63,350 nt of DNA, filler included, from Gemmatimonadota bacterium (GCA_003697105.1; 6 parts of 6 records of this genome joined end to end with filler, not necessarily neighbours in it); one strand, 5' to 3'. Positions 22,712 to 32,523 are shown, numbered from the whole stretch's first letter. Numbers and translations are program-made. Notes: a model not told the origin generated them from the letters alone.

Positions 22712-23043
22712 ATGAAATCAAATATTCGGGTATTGATAATGAGATTTATAGGTGGAGTCATCATTGGTTCTGCTACACTCTTTGTTATACTGCCAGAATT
22801 AGGGGTAAAAGTAACCATTGGACTTCTGTTCTTGCTTTTAGGACTTTCATTAGCTAACACATCTACTTGTAAAGAGCGAAAAGTGAATTAGTACCCATAT
22901 TAGTTCTTATTTCACTCACCATCACCCCGATTTTTGCTGACTTTTGGCTTAAGATCGTCGCCGTCTGCATTTGTGGTGGAATTGCACTCTTCATATATGC
23001 GAAGTTTGTCGAACTTAAAGTAGGAAAATCCAAGTCCGAATGA
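22712..23043 (+). pseudogene. Small 4-TM membrane protein split by a 1-nt frameshift (59-aa ORF 22712-22891 plus -1 frame continuation)
   Basis: AGGAGGA RBS; MKSNIRVLIMRFIGG...CKERKVN* then in -1 frame SELVPILVLISLTITPIFADFWLKIVAVCICGGIALFIYAKF...SE*. Confidence 0.6.
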
Positions 23044-23066
23044 TTTCGAGTGTTAACTTGATTTTA

Positions 23067-23099
23067 AAAGCCGCTCTTACCTAGTGTAAGAGCGGCTTT
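23067..23099. terminator. Bidirectional terminator
   Basis: AAAGCCGCTCTTAC CTAGT GTAAGAGCGGCTTT perfect 14-bp stem between convergent genes. Confidence 0.8.
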
Positions 23100-23129
23100 A
23101 CCCGTTTAACGAGGAAGAAAAAGCGGCGG

Positions 23130-23450
23130 TTAATAGGGGATTTGTGAGGGCGTTGGGGAGGACCGACGACGACCCCGTGAGGAACGTCGAGTATATGGTC
23201 GTGGTTTTCGGAATTTGACATGAACAACATAGCTAAACAACGCTCCGGCAGTTAACCCAGCTAACGTGAATGCCGTGAGATAGGCAATGATGATCATATA
23301 GGGTGTGTCCCACGTGGAAATCAGGATGGTGAGATGTTCCGGAATGTAGCGAATCACCCGTAGCAGTTGGAATTTCATCTCCAACAGGGCAATAGTTGAC
23401 ACCGAAAAAAAGAAAAGCATCAGTTCAAACGTAATCAGACGATTTTTCAT
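23130..23450 (-). CDS. Hypothetical 2-TM membrane protein with basic C-tail
   Basis: GGAGG RBS; upstream TTGACA promoter; two hydrophobic stretches. Confidence 0.65.
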   Translation of the reverse strand: MKNRLITFELMLFFFSVSTIALLEMKFQLLRVIRYIPEHLTILISTWDTPYMIIIAYLTAFTLAGLTAGALFSYVVHVKFRKPRPYTRRSSRGRRRSSPTPSQIPY

Positions 23451-23582
23451 GGGTTACCTCCATTGAATTGGATATTACTGTAATAATATACAGTATTTTT
23501 CCGATCTGTCAACCCTTTTCTGGCTTGACAATGCTAATCGATAGGTGTATCTATCATTCAAATCAAAGCGAAAGGATACACT

Positions 23583-24671
23583 ATGAAATACATCGATGAA
23601 TACCGCGATGCGGATGCCGCCCAGAAGCTTGCCCGCGCGATCCACAACATCACCACCCGCGAATGGACGATCATGGAAATTTGCGGCGGGCAGACCCATT
23701 CGATCATTAAATTCGGCATTGACGAACTCTTGCCAGAACAAATCACACTGGTGCATGGTCCCGGCTGCCCGGTTTGTGTCACGCCGGTGGAACTCATCGA
23801 AAAAGCGATTGAAATCGCCAGCCGCCCAGACGTGATTTTCTGCTCGTTCGGGGATATGCTCCGTGTGCCGGGCAAAAAGAAGGACTTGCTAACCGTTAAA
23901 TCCGAAGGGGGCAATGTACGCATTGTCTATTCCCCGTTGGATTGCCTCAAGATCGCCCAAGAACAACCCGATAAAGAGGTCGTCTTTTTTGCAGTCGGGT
24001 TTGAAACCACTGCGCCCGCCAACGCCATGGCCGTCTATCAAGCCCAGCAACAGGGCATCAAAAATTTTTCTCTTCTCGTCTCGCACGTGCTTGTTCCACC
24101 CGCGATGGAAGCGATTCTCTCCTCACCGGTCAATCAGGTGCAAGGATTCCTTGCCGCGGGGCACGTCTGCACGGTGATGGGCTACCATGAGTATCCCCCG
24201 ATTGCCGAAAAGTACCACGTACCCATTGTGGTCACCGGTTTCGAGCCGGTTGATATTCTACAAGGCGTGTACGCCGTGATAAAACAGCTTGAGGAAGGAC
24301 GCGCTGAGGTGGAAAATCAATATCGTCGCGTTGTACGACAGCAGGGCAACCCCGGGGCACAGCAGATCATCCAAACCGTATTTGAAGTATCCAACCGCAA
24401 ATGGCGGGGTGTTGGAGAAATTCCACAAAGTGGGCTCCGCCTGCGTGACACCTACCGTGCCTACGATGCCGAGTTCAAGTTCAATCTGAGCGATCAAGCC
24501 ATCCCCGAAGACCCAGAATGTATCAGCGGGTTAATCCTGCAAGGTGTGAAAAAACCCCACGAGTGTACGGCGTTTGGTACACGTTGTACCCCGGAAAAAC
24601 CCCTTGGCGCACCGATGGTCTCCAGTGAAGGTGCGTGTGCCGCGTATTTTCGATACAGAGCTAGAGGCTAG
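23583..24671 (+). CDS. hypD: [NiFe]-hydrogenase maturation protein HypD
   Basis: [37 protein letters not shown]. Confidence 0.97.
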   Translation: MKYIDEYRDADAAQKLARAIHNITTREWTIMEICGGQTHSIIKFGIDELLPEQITLVHGPGCPVCVTPVELIEKAIEIASRPDVIFCSFGDMLRVPGKKKDLLTVKSEGGNVRIVYSPLDCLKIAQEQPDKEVVFFAVGFETTAPANAMAVYQAQQQGIKNFSLLVSHVLVPPAMEAILSSPVNQVQGFLAAGHVCTVMGYHEYPPIAEKYHVPIVVTGFEPVDILQGVYAVIKQLEEGRAEVENQYRRVVRQQGNPGAQQIIQTVFEVSNRKWRGVGEIPQSGLRLRDTYRAYDAEFKFNLSDQAIPEDPECISGLILQGVKKPHECTAFGTRCTPEKPLGAPMVSSEGACAAYFRYRARG

Positions 24672-24751
24672 AAACGGGAAGCTAGAGGCTAGAAACGGGA
24701 AGCTAGAGGCTAGAAACGGGAAGCTAGAGGCTAGAAACGGGAAGCTAGAGG
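24660..24751. repeat. 21-bp tandem repeat built from three heptamers
   Basis: (GCTAGAG GCTAGAA ACGGGAA)x4+, includes hypD stop, runs into gap. Confidence 0.95.
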
Positions 24752-24851
24752 NNNNNNNNNNNNNNNNNNNNNNNNNNNNNNNNNNNNNNNNNNNNTTAAT
24801 TAATTAANNNNNNNNNNNNNNNNNNNNNNNNNNNNNNNNNNNNNNNNNNNN
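24752..24851. other. Artificial contig spacer
   Basis: N44-TTAATTAATTAA-N44. Confidence 0.97.
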
Positions 24852-25073
24852 TATGAATTACCAAACCCTTCTCATCTGTCTATTCGCATTTATGATGTCA
24901 TGGGACGATTGATAACCACCTTAGTCAATGAAGATAAAGAAGCCGGGCGTCATACCGTGATATGGAATGGTCGAAATGATAAGCAGCAACCTGTTCCTTC
25001 TGGTATTTATGTATATCGTATGACAAATGAATTCGGTCTAAGTCTTAATAATCGAATGATTTTACTGAGATAA
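24852..25073 (+). CDS. Partial secreted protein, C-terminal FlgD-Ig/T9SS-like sorting domain
   Basis: Hand translation YELP...IRIYDVMGRLI.TLVNE...AGRH.V.WNG.N...VPSGIYVYRM...RMILLR*. Confidence 0.85.
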   Translation, partial: YELPNPSHLSIRIYDVMGRLITTLVNEDKEAGRHTVIWNGRNDKQQPVPSGIYVYRMTNEFGLSLNNRMILLR

Positions 25074-25566
25074 CACAAGAAAAAATATAACTTCGTTTGC
25101 AGTGGAATTGTGCTACGCCAGTTTCCCTAAACGGCTGGGTTGCGTTTTTGAAATTTGTCCTTTCAAGTAAAATCCGCGCAAGTTATCCGCACAATCCACT
25201 GAAACTAAGCGTTGATTTGGTTTCTTTTTCGATGTCTGACTTGCTTTTTTGATGCGCGTGCCGGTTCCGGATCGGGTTTTGGTGAGCCATTGGGAATGCC
25301 CCCAATGGCTCTTTTTTTATGCCTTCTGGAAGGTCCTTCTCCGGCAGGCGTAAATTTGGGTTGAAACACCATCCGTCGGTAGCCTCCCAATCCGCATTAT
25401 GGCAGGGGTTTTCGCATTCACGAATGGCTCGGCTGCTGATATTCTGCTTGCATCTCTCAGGGCTAGAAAGGAAAAAGCAAAGAACCTCTATTGTCGATCA
25501 AGACTTTAGAAAAAGGCATCTGGCACTTGTGACGGTCTAAAATTCTCACAGGTCAGACGATAAAAA

Positions 25567-25596
25567 AGCCCTTAGGGTATTAACACCCTAAGGGCT
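25567..25596 (-). terminator. Terminator of the S8 peptidase gene
   Basis: AGCCCTTAGGGT ATTAAC ACCCTAAGGGCT; A-run on + strand gives U tail on - strand. Confidence 0.75.
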
Positions 25597-25637
25597 GTTT
25601 GTTGCAACCAACGGTGCGCGGTTATGAAGCGCCAGTT

Positions 25638-28394
25638 TTAGCGCAACAGCACCATTGAGCGCGTCTCTTGCCACTCGCCCGCTTGCACCCGGTACACATA
25701 AACGCCAGAATTTACGGCTTGACCGTGCGTATTCGTGCCGTCCCACTGAAGTTGGTGGTAACCCGCATCAAACTCACCTTCGTCTAACACCTTTACCAAA
25801 CGACCGGCGACATCGTAAATCGTCACGCGCAAATCCGAAGTTCGCGGCAAACCGAAGCGGATCGTTGTTTTGGGATTGAAGGGGTTGGGATAATTTGGAT
25901 ACAGCTCATATTGTAAGGGCACCCGGGTGCCCGCCAGATGCGGGTCATCAACGGAGACATAAAAATCAGTTGCCCCATAGATGGTAAAATTGTCCAAAAA
26001 CCAGCCCCAGCCGGTTCGATTGGTCGATGAGAAGCGGAATCGGAAGCGCACTTGCTGATTTATATAATTGGTAAGAGGGAATTCTACCCGTTGCCAGCCC
26101 TCACTGCTACCGGTGAACCCCGGTTGCCCCCCTAACGCCACAACGGAATTATCAGGATACCCTCCTAGAGGTTCGATGATCTCCCACGTTTCGCCGTTAT
26201 CCACCGTAATGGCAACATTGCCGCCATCCCACCCCTCGTCAATTTCGTACCACATGTGCATGACCATCATGGGATTTTCATGGATGCCAATAGAGAACGC
26301 CGGGGTGTACAATGTAGAACGGGTTTGGGCATCATATTCGCCATCCAAATCCGTGCCCCACACCTTGTCGCCGTAGTAGGCAAATTCGGGTCCCCCGCCG
26401 TTGGGGGTGCCCCATTCCCACTCATTAAATCCGCTACCCCGCGAGAACTGCCCATCCGAGTCTTCAAAACTCTGAACATAGACCATTTCAATGTTGTACT
26501 CTGTTGTCTCTCCTGCCGGAACAGAGATTGTAAATGTAAAGGGATCGTGATCCTGCGCAATAACCTGCAAGGTGTACTCAACATCTCCCGGTAAATCAAT
26601 ACTATAGTTGCCTTCACTATCCACATAAAAGGGATCGACCGGTACATCTTGCGGTAGAAAAATCGCATCGGTCAGCGGCATCCCTTGGGTGTTGGTTACG
26701 TGACCCATCAATGTACCCAGCGGGCGGGCATCCAATTGGATGTCAACAGAGAGAGTCTCCAACGCGCTAATGGTGTACGCCTGTTCAGAGATAAAATCGT
26801 AATAGCCAAAGCGTTCGGCACTGATGAAGTAAGTGCCCGGAGCCACAGAGAGCCGGTAATTGCCGTCGATATCAGAGAAGGTCTCAAAATCGCTATCTTC
26901 AATATAGACCCGCGTCTCCCGCAAGGCTGAGCCATCTGCCGCATCGGTGACGGTACCCTCAAAAAAGGAGAGCATCTGGATCAATCCATCAATAGCCCGT
27001 TCTAAATCCGGGCGAGTGCCGATATATTGGCTTGGGTTGGCTTGCGGTGTACCGGTCTCGGTCAGGATTTGGCGCATCTCCAGCGGCAGCAGCACCTCAC
27101 CGCCGCTCATGGCTTTCATCACTCCTTGCAGGCTGATCACCGCGCCGGTCACAATGGGGGAAGCACTGGACGTCCCGGAAAATTGAGCCGTGTACCATTC
27201 GTCTTCACTGCCACTTTGCAGATCACCGTAACCGCTGGTTACCACATTGATCCCCCATCCGAAAGAATCCAACCGCGAACCGTAATTTGAAAAATTGAGC
27301 CGTTGTAAAGTGTAGGGAGTGCCGGCACCACACATGATAGCCCCAGAGTCGCGCACTTCCCGGTCAAATAGCCCTTCATACACCGGGTCATCCAAGTTCT
27401 CATAGCCATTACCGGCGGCTTCTGTGCAGATCACACCGTTGGATGTTGCGGTTTGAATCGCATCGAAATTCGACTGCCAGTATTCCATCGGTAGATAGGT
27501 GTCGTTGGGTCCTCCCACCTGATGAAGTTCGATCAGAAAGACATCCCCCTCGTCCAGATTGGCATACGCCATATAAATTGCTTGGGCAGTGGACATGCTA
27601 CCGATGGAGACACAACCGACCTCCGCTTGGGGTGCAATCCCATTGATTCCGTAATCATTGTGAATCCCAGACACCTCACCCACGACGGCAGTACCGTGAT
27701 TTCGCCAATCGAGATCATCTATCTGGGTGCCACCTTCAAAAAAGGGATCGGGCAAATCTTCATGAGTCCATTGCCAACCGCCTTCAATATCGATCCAATT
27801 GACATTTTCACCTTGTCCACCCTCAAAATCCCACGCATACTCTGCGTTGACCCCGCCAGGAGGTTCGTACAAATAACCTTGTTGGCCGGTGTAATCTGGG
27901 GTGCGCAAATTTCCATGCCCTTTTTTCCCGGAAGGAATATCTGGAATGGGCGAAGGATAGGCAATTTCCACCAAAGAGAGCGCATTCAAACCATCCACAA
28001 AAGCCTGTGCACGGGTGGTTTCGGAAAGGTGACACAGATACCACAAATTAAGGTCTGCCAGTTCCTGACCGGTACGCGCCTCCCCGTTACGCTTATCTTG
28101 TGTGAGTTGCGCCTCTGTTGCCATGTAGAACATCCGTTCTAGCGTCACGTCCGGGTATCCGGCAAGAAATTGTCTTACTTCGGTTAAATCCGTGTGGTTT
28201 AGGCTGATTAACTCTCCATCACGCAACCGTACCCCGCTACCTTCGATAAATTTAAGTTCGATCAGGTCTGCTTTGACCGCTTCTGTAAAGCGGGTTGTTT
28301 CCGGTTTGGAAGGCACATAACGGGCATGAAGCGCCAGTGCCGCATCCGCTGCAAAGCATAACACAACCATCAAAATGAACAGACGAAATTTCAT
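25638..28394 (-). CDS. Secreted S8 subtilase with carboxypeptidase-regulatory-like repeats, jelly-roll domain and FlgD-Ig C-terminal domain
   Basis: Signal peptide MKFRLFIL.. after GGAGG; triad WIDIE / NHGTAV / GTSSASP; C-terminal NYPNPFNP.T.I.F...IYDVAGR. Confidence 0.9.
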   Translation of the reverse strand: MKFRLFILMVVLCFAADAALALHARYVPSKPETTRFTEAVKADLIELKFIEGSGVRLRDGELISLNHTDLTEVRQFLAGYPDVTLERMFYMATEAQLTQDKRNGEARTGQELADLNLWYLCHLSETTRAQAFVDGLNALSLVEIAYPSPIPDIPSGKKGHGNLRTPDYTGQQGYLYEPPGGVNAEYAWDFEGGQGENVNWIDIEGGWQWTHEDLPDPFFEGGTQIDDLDWRNHGTAVVGEVSGIHNDYGINGIAPQAEVGCVSIGSMSTAQAIYMAYANLDEGDVFLIELHQVGGPNDTYLPMEYWQSNFDAIQTATSNGVICTEAAGNGYENLDDPVYEGLFDREVRDSGAIMCGAGTPYTLQRLNFSNYGSRLDSFGWGINVVTSGYGDLQSGSEDEWYTAQFSGTSSASPIVTGAVISLQGVMKAMSGGEVLLPLEMRQILTETGTPQANPSQYIGTRPDLERAIDGLIQMLSFFEGTVTDAADGSALRETRVYIEDSDFETFSDIDGNYRLSVAPGTYFISAERFGYYDFISEQAYTISALETLSVDIQLDARPLGTLMGHVTNTQGMPLTDAIFLPQDVPVDPFYVDSEGNYSIDLPGDVEYTLQVIAQDHDPFTFTISVPAGETTEYNIEMVYVQSFEDSDGQFSRGSGFNEWEWGTPNGGGPEFAYYGDKVWGTDLDGEYDAQTRSTLYTPAFSIGIHENPMMVMHMWYEIDEGWDGGNVAITVDNGETWEIIEPLGGYPDNSVVALGGQPGFTGSSEGWQRVEFPLTNYINQQVRFRFRFSSTNRTGWGWFLDNFTIYGATDFYVSVDDPHLAGTRVPLQYELYPNYPNPFNPKTTIRFGLPRTSDLRVTIYDVAGRLVKVLDEGEFDAGYHQLQWDGTNTHGQAVNSGVYVYRVQAGEWQETRSMVLLR

Positions 28395-28556
28395 AGAACC
28401 TCCATAGTAGGTTGAAAAGGAAAGAAGCGTATCGGTGGGGAATCTCGTGGGATTTTCAAGAGAGATGGAAGGTATAATAGCCAATTTTGAAGTAACGTCA
28501 AGGTAAAAATGACCGGTGCAACGTATTTTGAAAATGCGTTGTACCGCGCTTCTCAT

Positions 28557-28955
28557 TTATTCCAACGTTGTGGCAACAATAAGTTTTTCAATACCCACCG
28601 TTTTGGCGATGTCCATCACCTTGACCACCGTTCCGTGTGGAACTGCTTGATCTGCTCGCAAAATTAAGCTCTTACCGGCTTGATGCTTAAATTCCGCTGC
28701 CAACCGGGTCGTTAACTGGTCGATTTCCACAGGGTCCTGGTCTAAAAATATTTCTCCTTCAGCCGAAATAACGAGCACAACTTCTTCCGGTTCGGTTTCT
28801 GCCGTTGCCTGCGCTTCGGGTAAATCCAGCGTAATACCCGGTTGTTCGACAAAGGTCGTTGTAATCATGAAGAAAATCAGGAGTAAAAAGACAACATCAA
28901 TCAGCGAGGTGATATTAATAATCACTTTACGGCGTTCACGATGTTGAAATTGCAT
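28557..28955 (-). CDS. exbD: Biopolymer transporter ExbD/TolR
   Basis: INITSLIDVVFLLLIFFM, ILRAD..VPHG.VV.VMD. Confidence 0.92.
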   Translation of the reverse strand: MQFQHRERRKVIINITSLIDVVFLLLIFFMITTTFVEQPGITLDLPEAQATAETEPEEVVLVISAEGEIFLDQDPVEIDQLTTRLAAEFKHQAGKSLILRADQAVPHGTVVKVMDIAKTVGIEKLIVATTLE

Positions 28956-28957
28956 GG

Positions 28958-29596
28958 TTAGCTCTCCTCGTTTTCGCCCATGGGAGGTGCATCCACCGGA
29001 CGTTTGAGTTTGTACATGAGGAGTGCCGATAGCTCTTCGATGTCCAGAATCATATTTTCTGCCCGGTGAATAAAATAATTATATGCAATCAATGCCGGAA
29101 TACCGATTGCCAGCCCGACAGCAGTGGTAATCAGTGCTTCTGAGATACCCTCGGAAAGGTAGTTTGCTTGTCCCACGCCATATTCCGCGATAGCAGTGAA
29201 CGTCCGGATCATGCCGGTAACCGTCCCCAACAGCCCCAACAGCGGCGCCACTGCCGCGACGGTCTCCAACACCACCAGATGTTTTTCCAGCGTTCGGGTT
29301 TCTCGCCGTCCGGTATCCAAAATAATCTCTTTCAGTTCCTCCCGGCTAAGATAGCGATTATCCACCGCCGCCCGGACAACTCGCGCCAGTACACCATCAT
29401 TCTGTTTGCAAACGCGGACAATCAACTGGGCATCCTGATCATCACTGTAATTTTGAATCAGTTGGACAATTTCCCGGGGTAAGATGTGGGGTTTGCGTAA
29501 GGCAATCATGCGCTCGATAATCACCGCCAGCGCCAGGATTGAGCATAACATTAACGGATAAATGAGCAAACCGCCACTTTCAATTAGCTCTAACAT
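28958..29596 (-). CDS. exbB: ExbB/TolQ/MotA proton channel
   Basis: APLLGLLGTV.GMI..F, GISEALITTA.GL.I.IP. Confidence 0.92.
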   Translation of the reverse strand: MLELIESGGLLIYPLMLCSILALAVIIERMIALRKPHILPREIVQLIQNYSDDQDAQLIVRVCKQNDGVLARVVRAAVDNRYLSREELKEIILDTGRRETRTLEKHLVVLETVAAVAPLLGLLGTVTGMIRTFTAIAEYGVGQANYLSEGISEALITTAVGLAIGIPALIAYNYFIHRAENMILDIEELSALLMYKLKRPVDAPPMGENEES

Positions 29597-29612
29597 AATC
29601 AGTCTCAGTAGG

Positions 29613-30485
29613 TTAAGGTTCAAGGGTTTCTGGTTGTTGCTGGCGTTGTCGTTCTTGTGCCGGTTCGGATAAAATGTAACGGAAGGTAAACGTCACCGTA
29701 AGTTCCTTTTCTGGGAAGTCATCCGGTAGCGGCAAAAACGGTGCACCATATTCCACCGCTCGCATCGCCGGGTCATCCAGTGCTTTGTAGCCGGTGGAAT
29801 CTAACAATTGGAGTCCACTAATAGTTCCATCTTTTTGAATGCGAAATGTGACCTGACAATCCCCGCCCATTGCCCCTAAATGGGTGAACGCATAAGGGGG
29901 ATACCACTTCTGCCGTACGTTTTCGATCACATGCTTGGCATATTGCTCAAAGCCGGTAAAGTCGGTCACGTCAAACGCCGCCCCGCCGATAGTTTGGTGA
30001 TTTGTACCCTGCCCGTCCGTTGGGGCATCTTGGTCTGCTGGGGGGAGCGGTTGCCGTTCCACCGGGTTGTCGGGAGACTCCCGGCCGGGACGTTGGCGGT
30101 GCTTTTTCAGGAAATCCTGTGGGAGGGCGACTGGCGGGGGTTCAAACGCCGGGGGCGCCGGGGAGATTTCCGCTTCCTCCCGTTGTTCTGGCGGGAGCGC
30201 CTCCGTGGGGGTCAGTGCCGGATCGGGGTTTGGAATGACGGTTTCCGCTGGGGGTAGCTCCGAAATTTCCTCAACGGGTGGCGTCGTAATTGGGTAAATG
30301 GGTTTGCTCTCCGGCGGGGTCAATTCAAAGACAATTTGCGTTTCTTCGGGCTTAGTAGAAGGCAATTCAATCGCGAATGGATTCTCCCGCCAGAGCCACA
30401 GCAGCAAAAGGTGTATCAAAATTGCCACGAGTACCCAAAATCGCAAGGATGCTAACGTTTTTCGGAGTTCCATAAGCCGTATCAT
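29613..30485 (-). CDS. TonB/TolA family energy transducer
   Basis: N-terminal TM with His, Pro-rich linker, C-terminal V.F.I.KDG...STG...LD..A..AV...PF.PLP. Confidence 0.85.
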   Translation of the reverse strand: MIRLMELRKTLASLRFWVLVAILIHLLLLWLWRENPFAIELPSTKPEETQIVFELTPPESKPIYPITTPPVEEISELPPAETVIPNPDPALTPTEALPPEQREEAEISPAPPAFEPPPVALPQDFLKKHRQRPGRESPDNPVERQPLPPADQDAPTDGQGTNHQTIGGAAFDVTDFTGFEQYAKHVIENVRQKWYPPYAFTHLGAMGGDCQVTFRIQKDGTISGLQLLDSTGYKALDDPAMRAVEYGAPFLPLPDDFPEKELTVTFTFRYILSEPAQERQRQQQPETLEP

Positions 30486-32308
30486 GCCAACGGTTCAATC
30501 TGTTTCGCTTCCAGTAACAATTCTTGACGATAGCGAGACATAATATCCGACCGCGAGACGAGTCCCACTACCTGGGAGGCGTCTTGTTCCCCCACAACCG
30601 GTAAGACCTCCTGATTGCGGATTTCAAAGGCATAAAGAGCTTCCAGCAGGGATAATTGCGGTGAGAGGGTGATTGTGTCTCGCACCGCAATATCACTGGC
30701 AATCAAGAACTGGTGCAGTTCTTTCCGCAGGAAGACATCCCGTAGTTCCTGAAAGCTGATCATTCCGGCAAATTTGCCCGCGGCATCCACCACCGGGAAG
30801 TTATCGCTACGATGTTCTTCCACATAATGCAGGATGTTTGCCACCGGTTCATCATCCTGAAAGACCTTAAATTCAGTTTGCATAATATCGCGGAGTTGGA
30901 TACGTTCTAAAATGGAAATATCTGATCCCTGTTGGATGCGCACTCCACGCCGGAGCAATTTTTCCGTATAAATGGATTCCGAATGAAGTTGCCGGCTGAC
31001 AATAGTGCTTAAAATTCCGGCGATCATCAGGGGTAAAATAATTTGATAACTATTGGTCATTTCAAATAGAGTAATGATGGCAGTCATCGGTCCGTGGGTT
31101 GTTCCGGCAACCACGGCGGTCATCCCAACAAGGGCATAGGCGCCGGGGTTCGCTGTCACCGCCGGAAATAGAACATTGAGGATCATGCCAAACGCGCCGC
31201 CTAACATCGCCCCGATAAACAAAGAGGGTGCAAAAATCCCCCCCGTGCTCCCCGATCCTAAGGACACACTCGTCATCACGGGCTTGAGGAGCAGTAAGAT
31301 GAGCATTAACTTGAGTTCCATCCGGTTAAACAGAACGTCATTTGTTGTATCGTAGCCGACTCCGAAAATCTGCGGGAAAAAAATCCCCACCACCCCAAGA
31401 ATCAACCCTCCCAGAATGGCTTTTGCTTCGCGCGTGGCAATCATCCGTTGGAACTGGTCATCCACCCAGTAGAGCGTGCGGATAAAAAAGACCGAAACCC
31501 CGCCAGCGATAATCCCCAAGATACTGTAAAAAATGAGTTCCCAATGGGAGACAAGCTCATACATCGGGATGTTAAACGCTGGGAAATTTCCTAAGTAGGC
31601 TCGTGATATTGCCGCCGCCAACACGCTGGAAACAATCACCGGACTAAATGAGTTGATGGTAAATCGCCCGAGCACAATTTCAATCGCGTAAACCACCCCG
31701 GCAAGGGGCGCATTGAACATAGCGGAAATCCCTGCCGCCGCGCCACACCCGACCATGACTTTCAACCCATTGGAAGACATCTTGAGCATCTGCCCAACAT
31801 TGGAACCGATCGTCGCGCCAATACTGACAATGGGACCTTCTCGACCGACAGATACCCCAGAACCAATAGCAATGGCAGTGGATAACCCTTTTAAAAGCCC
31901 CACGCGAGCCGATAAAATTCCCCCTTTTTTAGCTACCGCCAGCATGATTTCCGGCACGCTGTGCCCGTGGTTCTCTGGAGCAAACCGCCCAATAATCCAA
32001 CTGACAATCAAATTCCCGAAAATGGGGATCAGGGGTAGCAGAAAAATGTAACCTTGATAAATTTGTAGCCCACCTGCCAGCAGATCAAAGAATAAAAACT
32101 CAAAAAAGTCAATTAGTTTTTCGTAAAAGATAGCGGTATAGCCCACAGATACCCCGACCGCGACCCCCAGGAGGATCATAAATGAAACGCTTTGGGTCTC
32201 TAGCTTTCGTCCCCACCGAATGATCCGGTCTCGCAGCGCATTCACGATGGGGTCAAGGTATTGACGCCGAAACGCACTAAACTGAAATGATGAAAATGGG
32301 ATATTCAT
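30482..32308 (-). CDS. ClC-family chloride transporter with CBS pair
   Basis: GHSVPE, GREGP, FNAPLAG, GGIFAP, SIYT motifs; C-terminal CBS domains. Confidence 0.93.
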   Translation of the reverse strand: MNIPFSSFQFSAFRRQYLDPIVNALRDRIIRWGRKLETQSVSFMILLGVAVGVSVGYTAIFYEKLIDFFEFLFFDLLAGGLQIYQGYIFLLPLIPIFGNLIVSWIIGRFAPENHGHSVPEIMLAVAKKGGILSARVGLLKGLSTAIAIGSGVSVGREGPIVSIGATIGSNVGQMLKMSSNGLKVMVGCGAAAGISAMFNAPLAGVVYAIEIVLGRFTINSFSPVIVSSVLAAAISRAYLGNFPAFNIPMYELVSHWELIFYSILGIIAGGVSVFFIRTLYWVDDQFQRMIATREAKAILGGLILGVVGIFFPQIFGVGYDTTNDVLFNRMELKLMLILLLLKPVMTSVSLGSGSTGGIFAPSLFIGAMLGGAFGMILNVLFPAVTANPGAYALVGMTAVVAGTTHGPMTAIITLFEMTNSYQIILPLMIAGILSTIVSRQLHSESIYTEKLLRRGVRIQQGSDISILERIQLRDIMQTEFKVFQDDEPVANILHYVEEHRSDNFPVVDAAGKFAGMISFQELRDVFLRKELHQFLIASDIAVRDTITLSPQLSLLEALYAFEIRNQEVLPVVGEQDASQVVGLVSRSDIMSRYRQELLLEAKQIEPLA

Positions 32309-32404
32309 CAGAGTCCCACCGGTTAGACCCAAAAACGTGAAAATCGATTAATGGAATTAATCTTAGCCAATCCATCCCGAATTGACAATGATAAAGTTCG
32401 GCAT

Positions 32405-32435
32405 AAAAAAAGCACCTGCTAAGATAACAGGTGCT
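32405..32435 (-). terminator. Terminator after tRNA-Pro
   Basis: AGCACCTG / CAGGTGCT stem followed by U-run on - strand. Confidence 0.75.
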
Positions 32436-32444
32436 GGGGGGTAT

Positions 32445-32523
32445 TGGTCGAGGCGGCAGGATTCGAACCTGCGATCTCCTGCTCCCAAAGCAGGCGCGTT
32501 GAGCCGGGCTACGCTACGCCTCG
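32445..32523 (-). tRNA. tRNA-Pro(TGG)
   Basis: Cloverleaf: acceptor CGAGGCG/CGCCTCG, anticodon arm CCTGC-TTTGGGA-GCAGG, GGTTCGAATCC T-arm, encoded CCA. Confidence 0.97.

Noticed and set aside
20277-24751. 42-bp and 21-bp repeats as possible CRISPR arrays
   Set aside because: Head-to-tail tandem copies with no unique spacers and no cas genes
27522-28142. 206-aa antisense ORF in the peptidase
   Set aside because: Antisense shadow with no recognisable features
25638-28556. 972-aa extended version of the S8 peptidase
   Set aside because: True start is likely ATG 28394 (GGAGG RBS, signal peptide); the extension spans the promoter region
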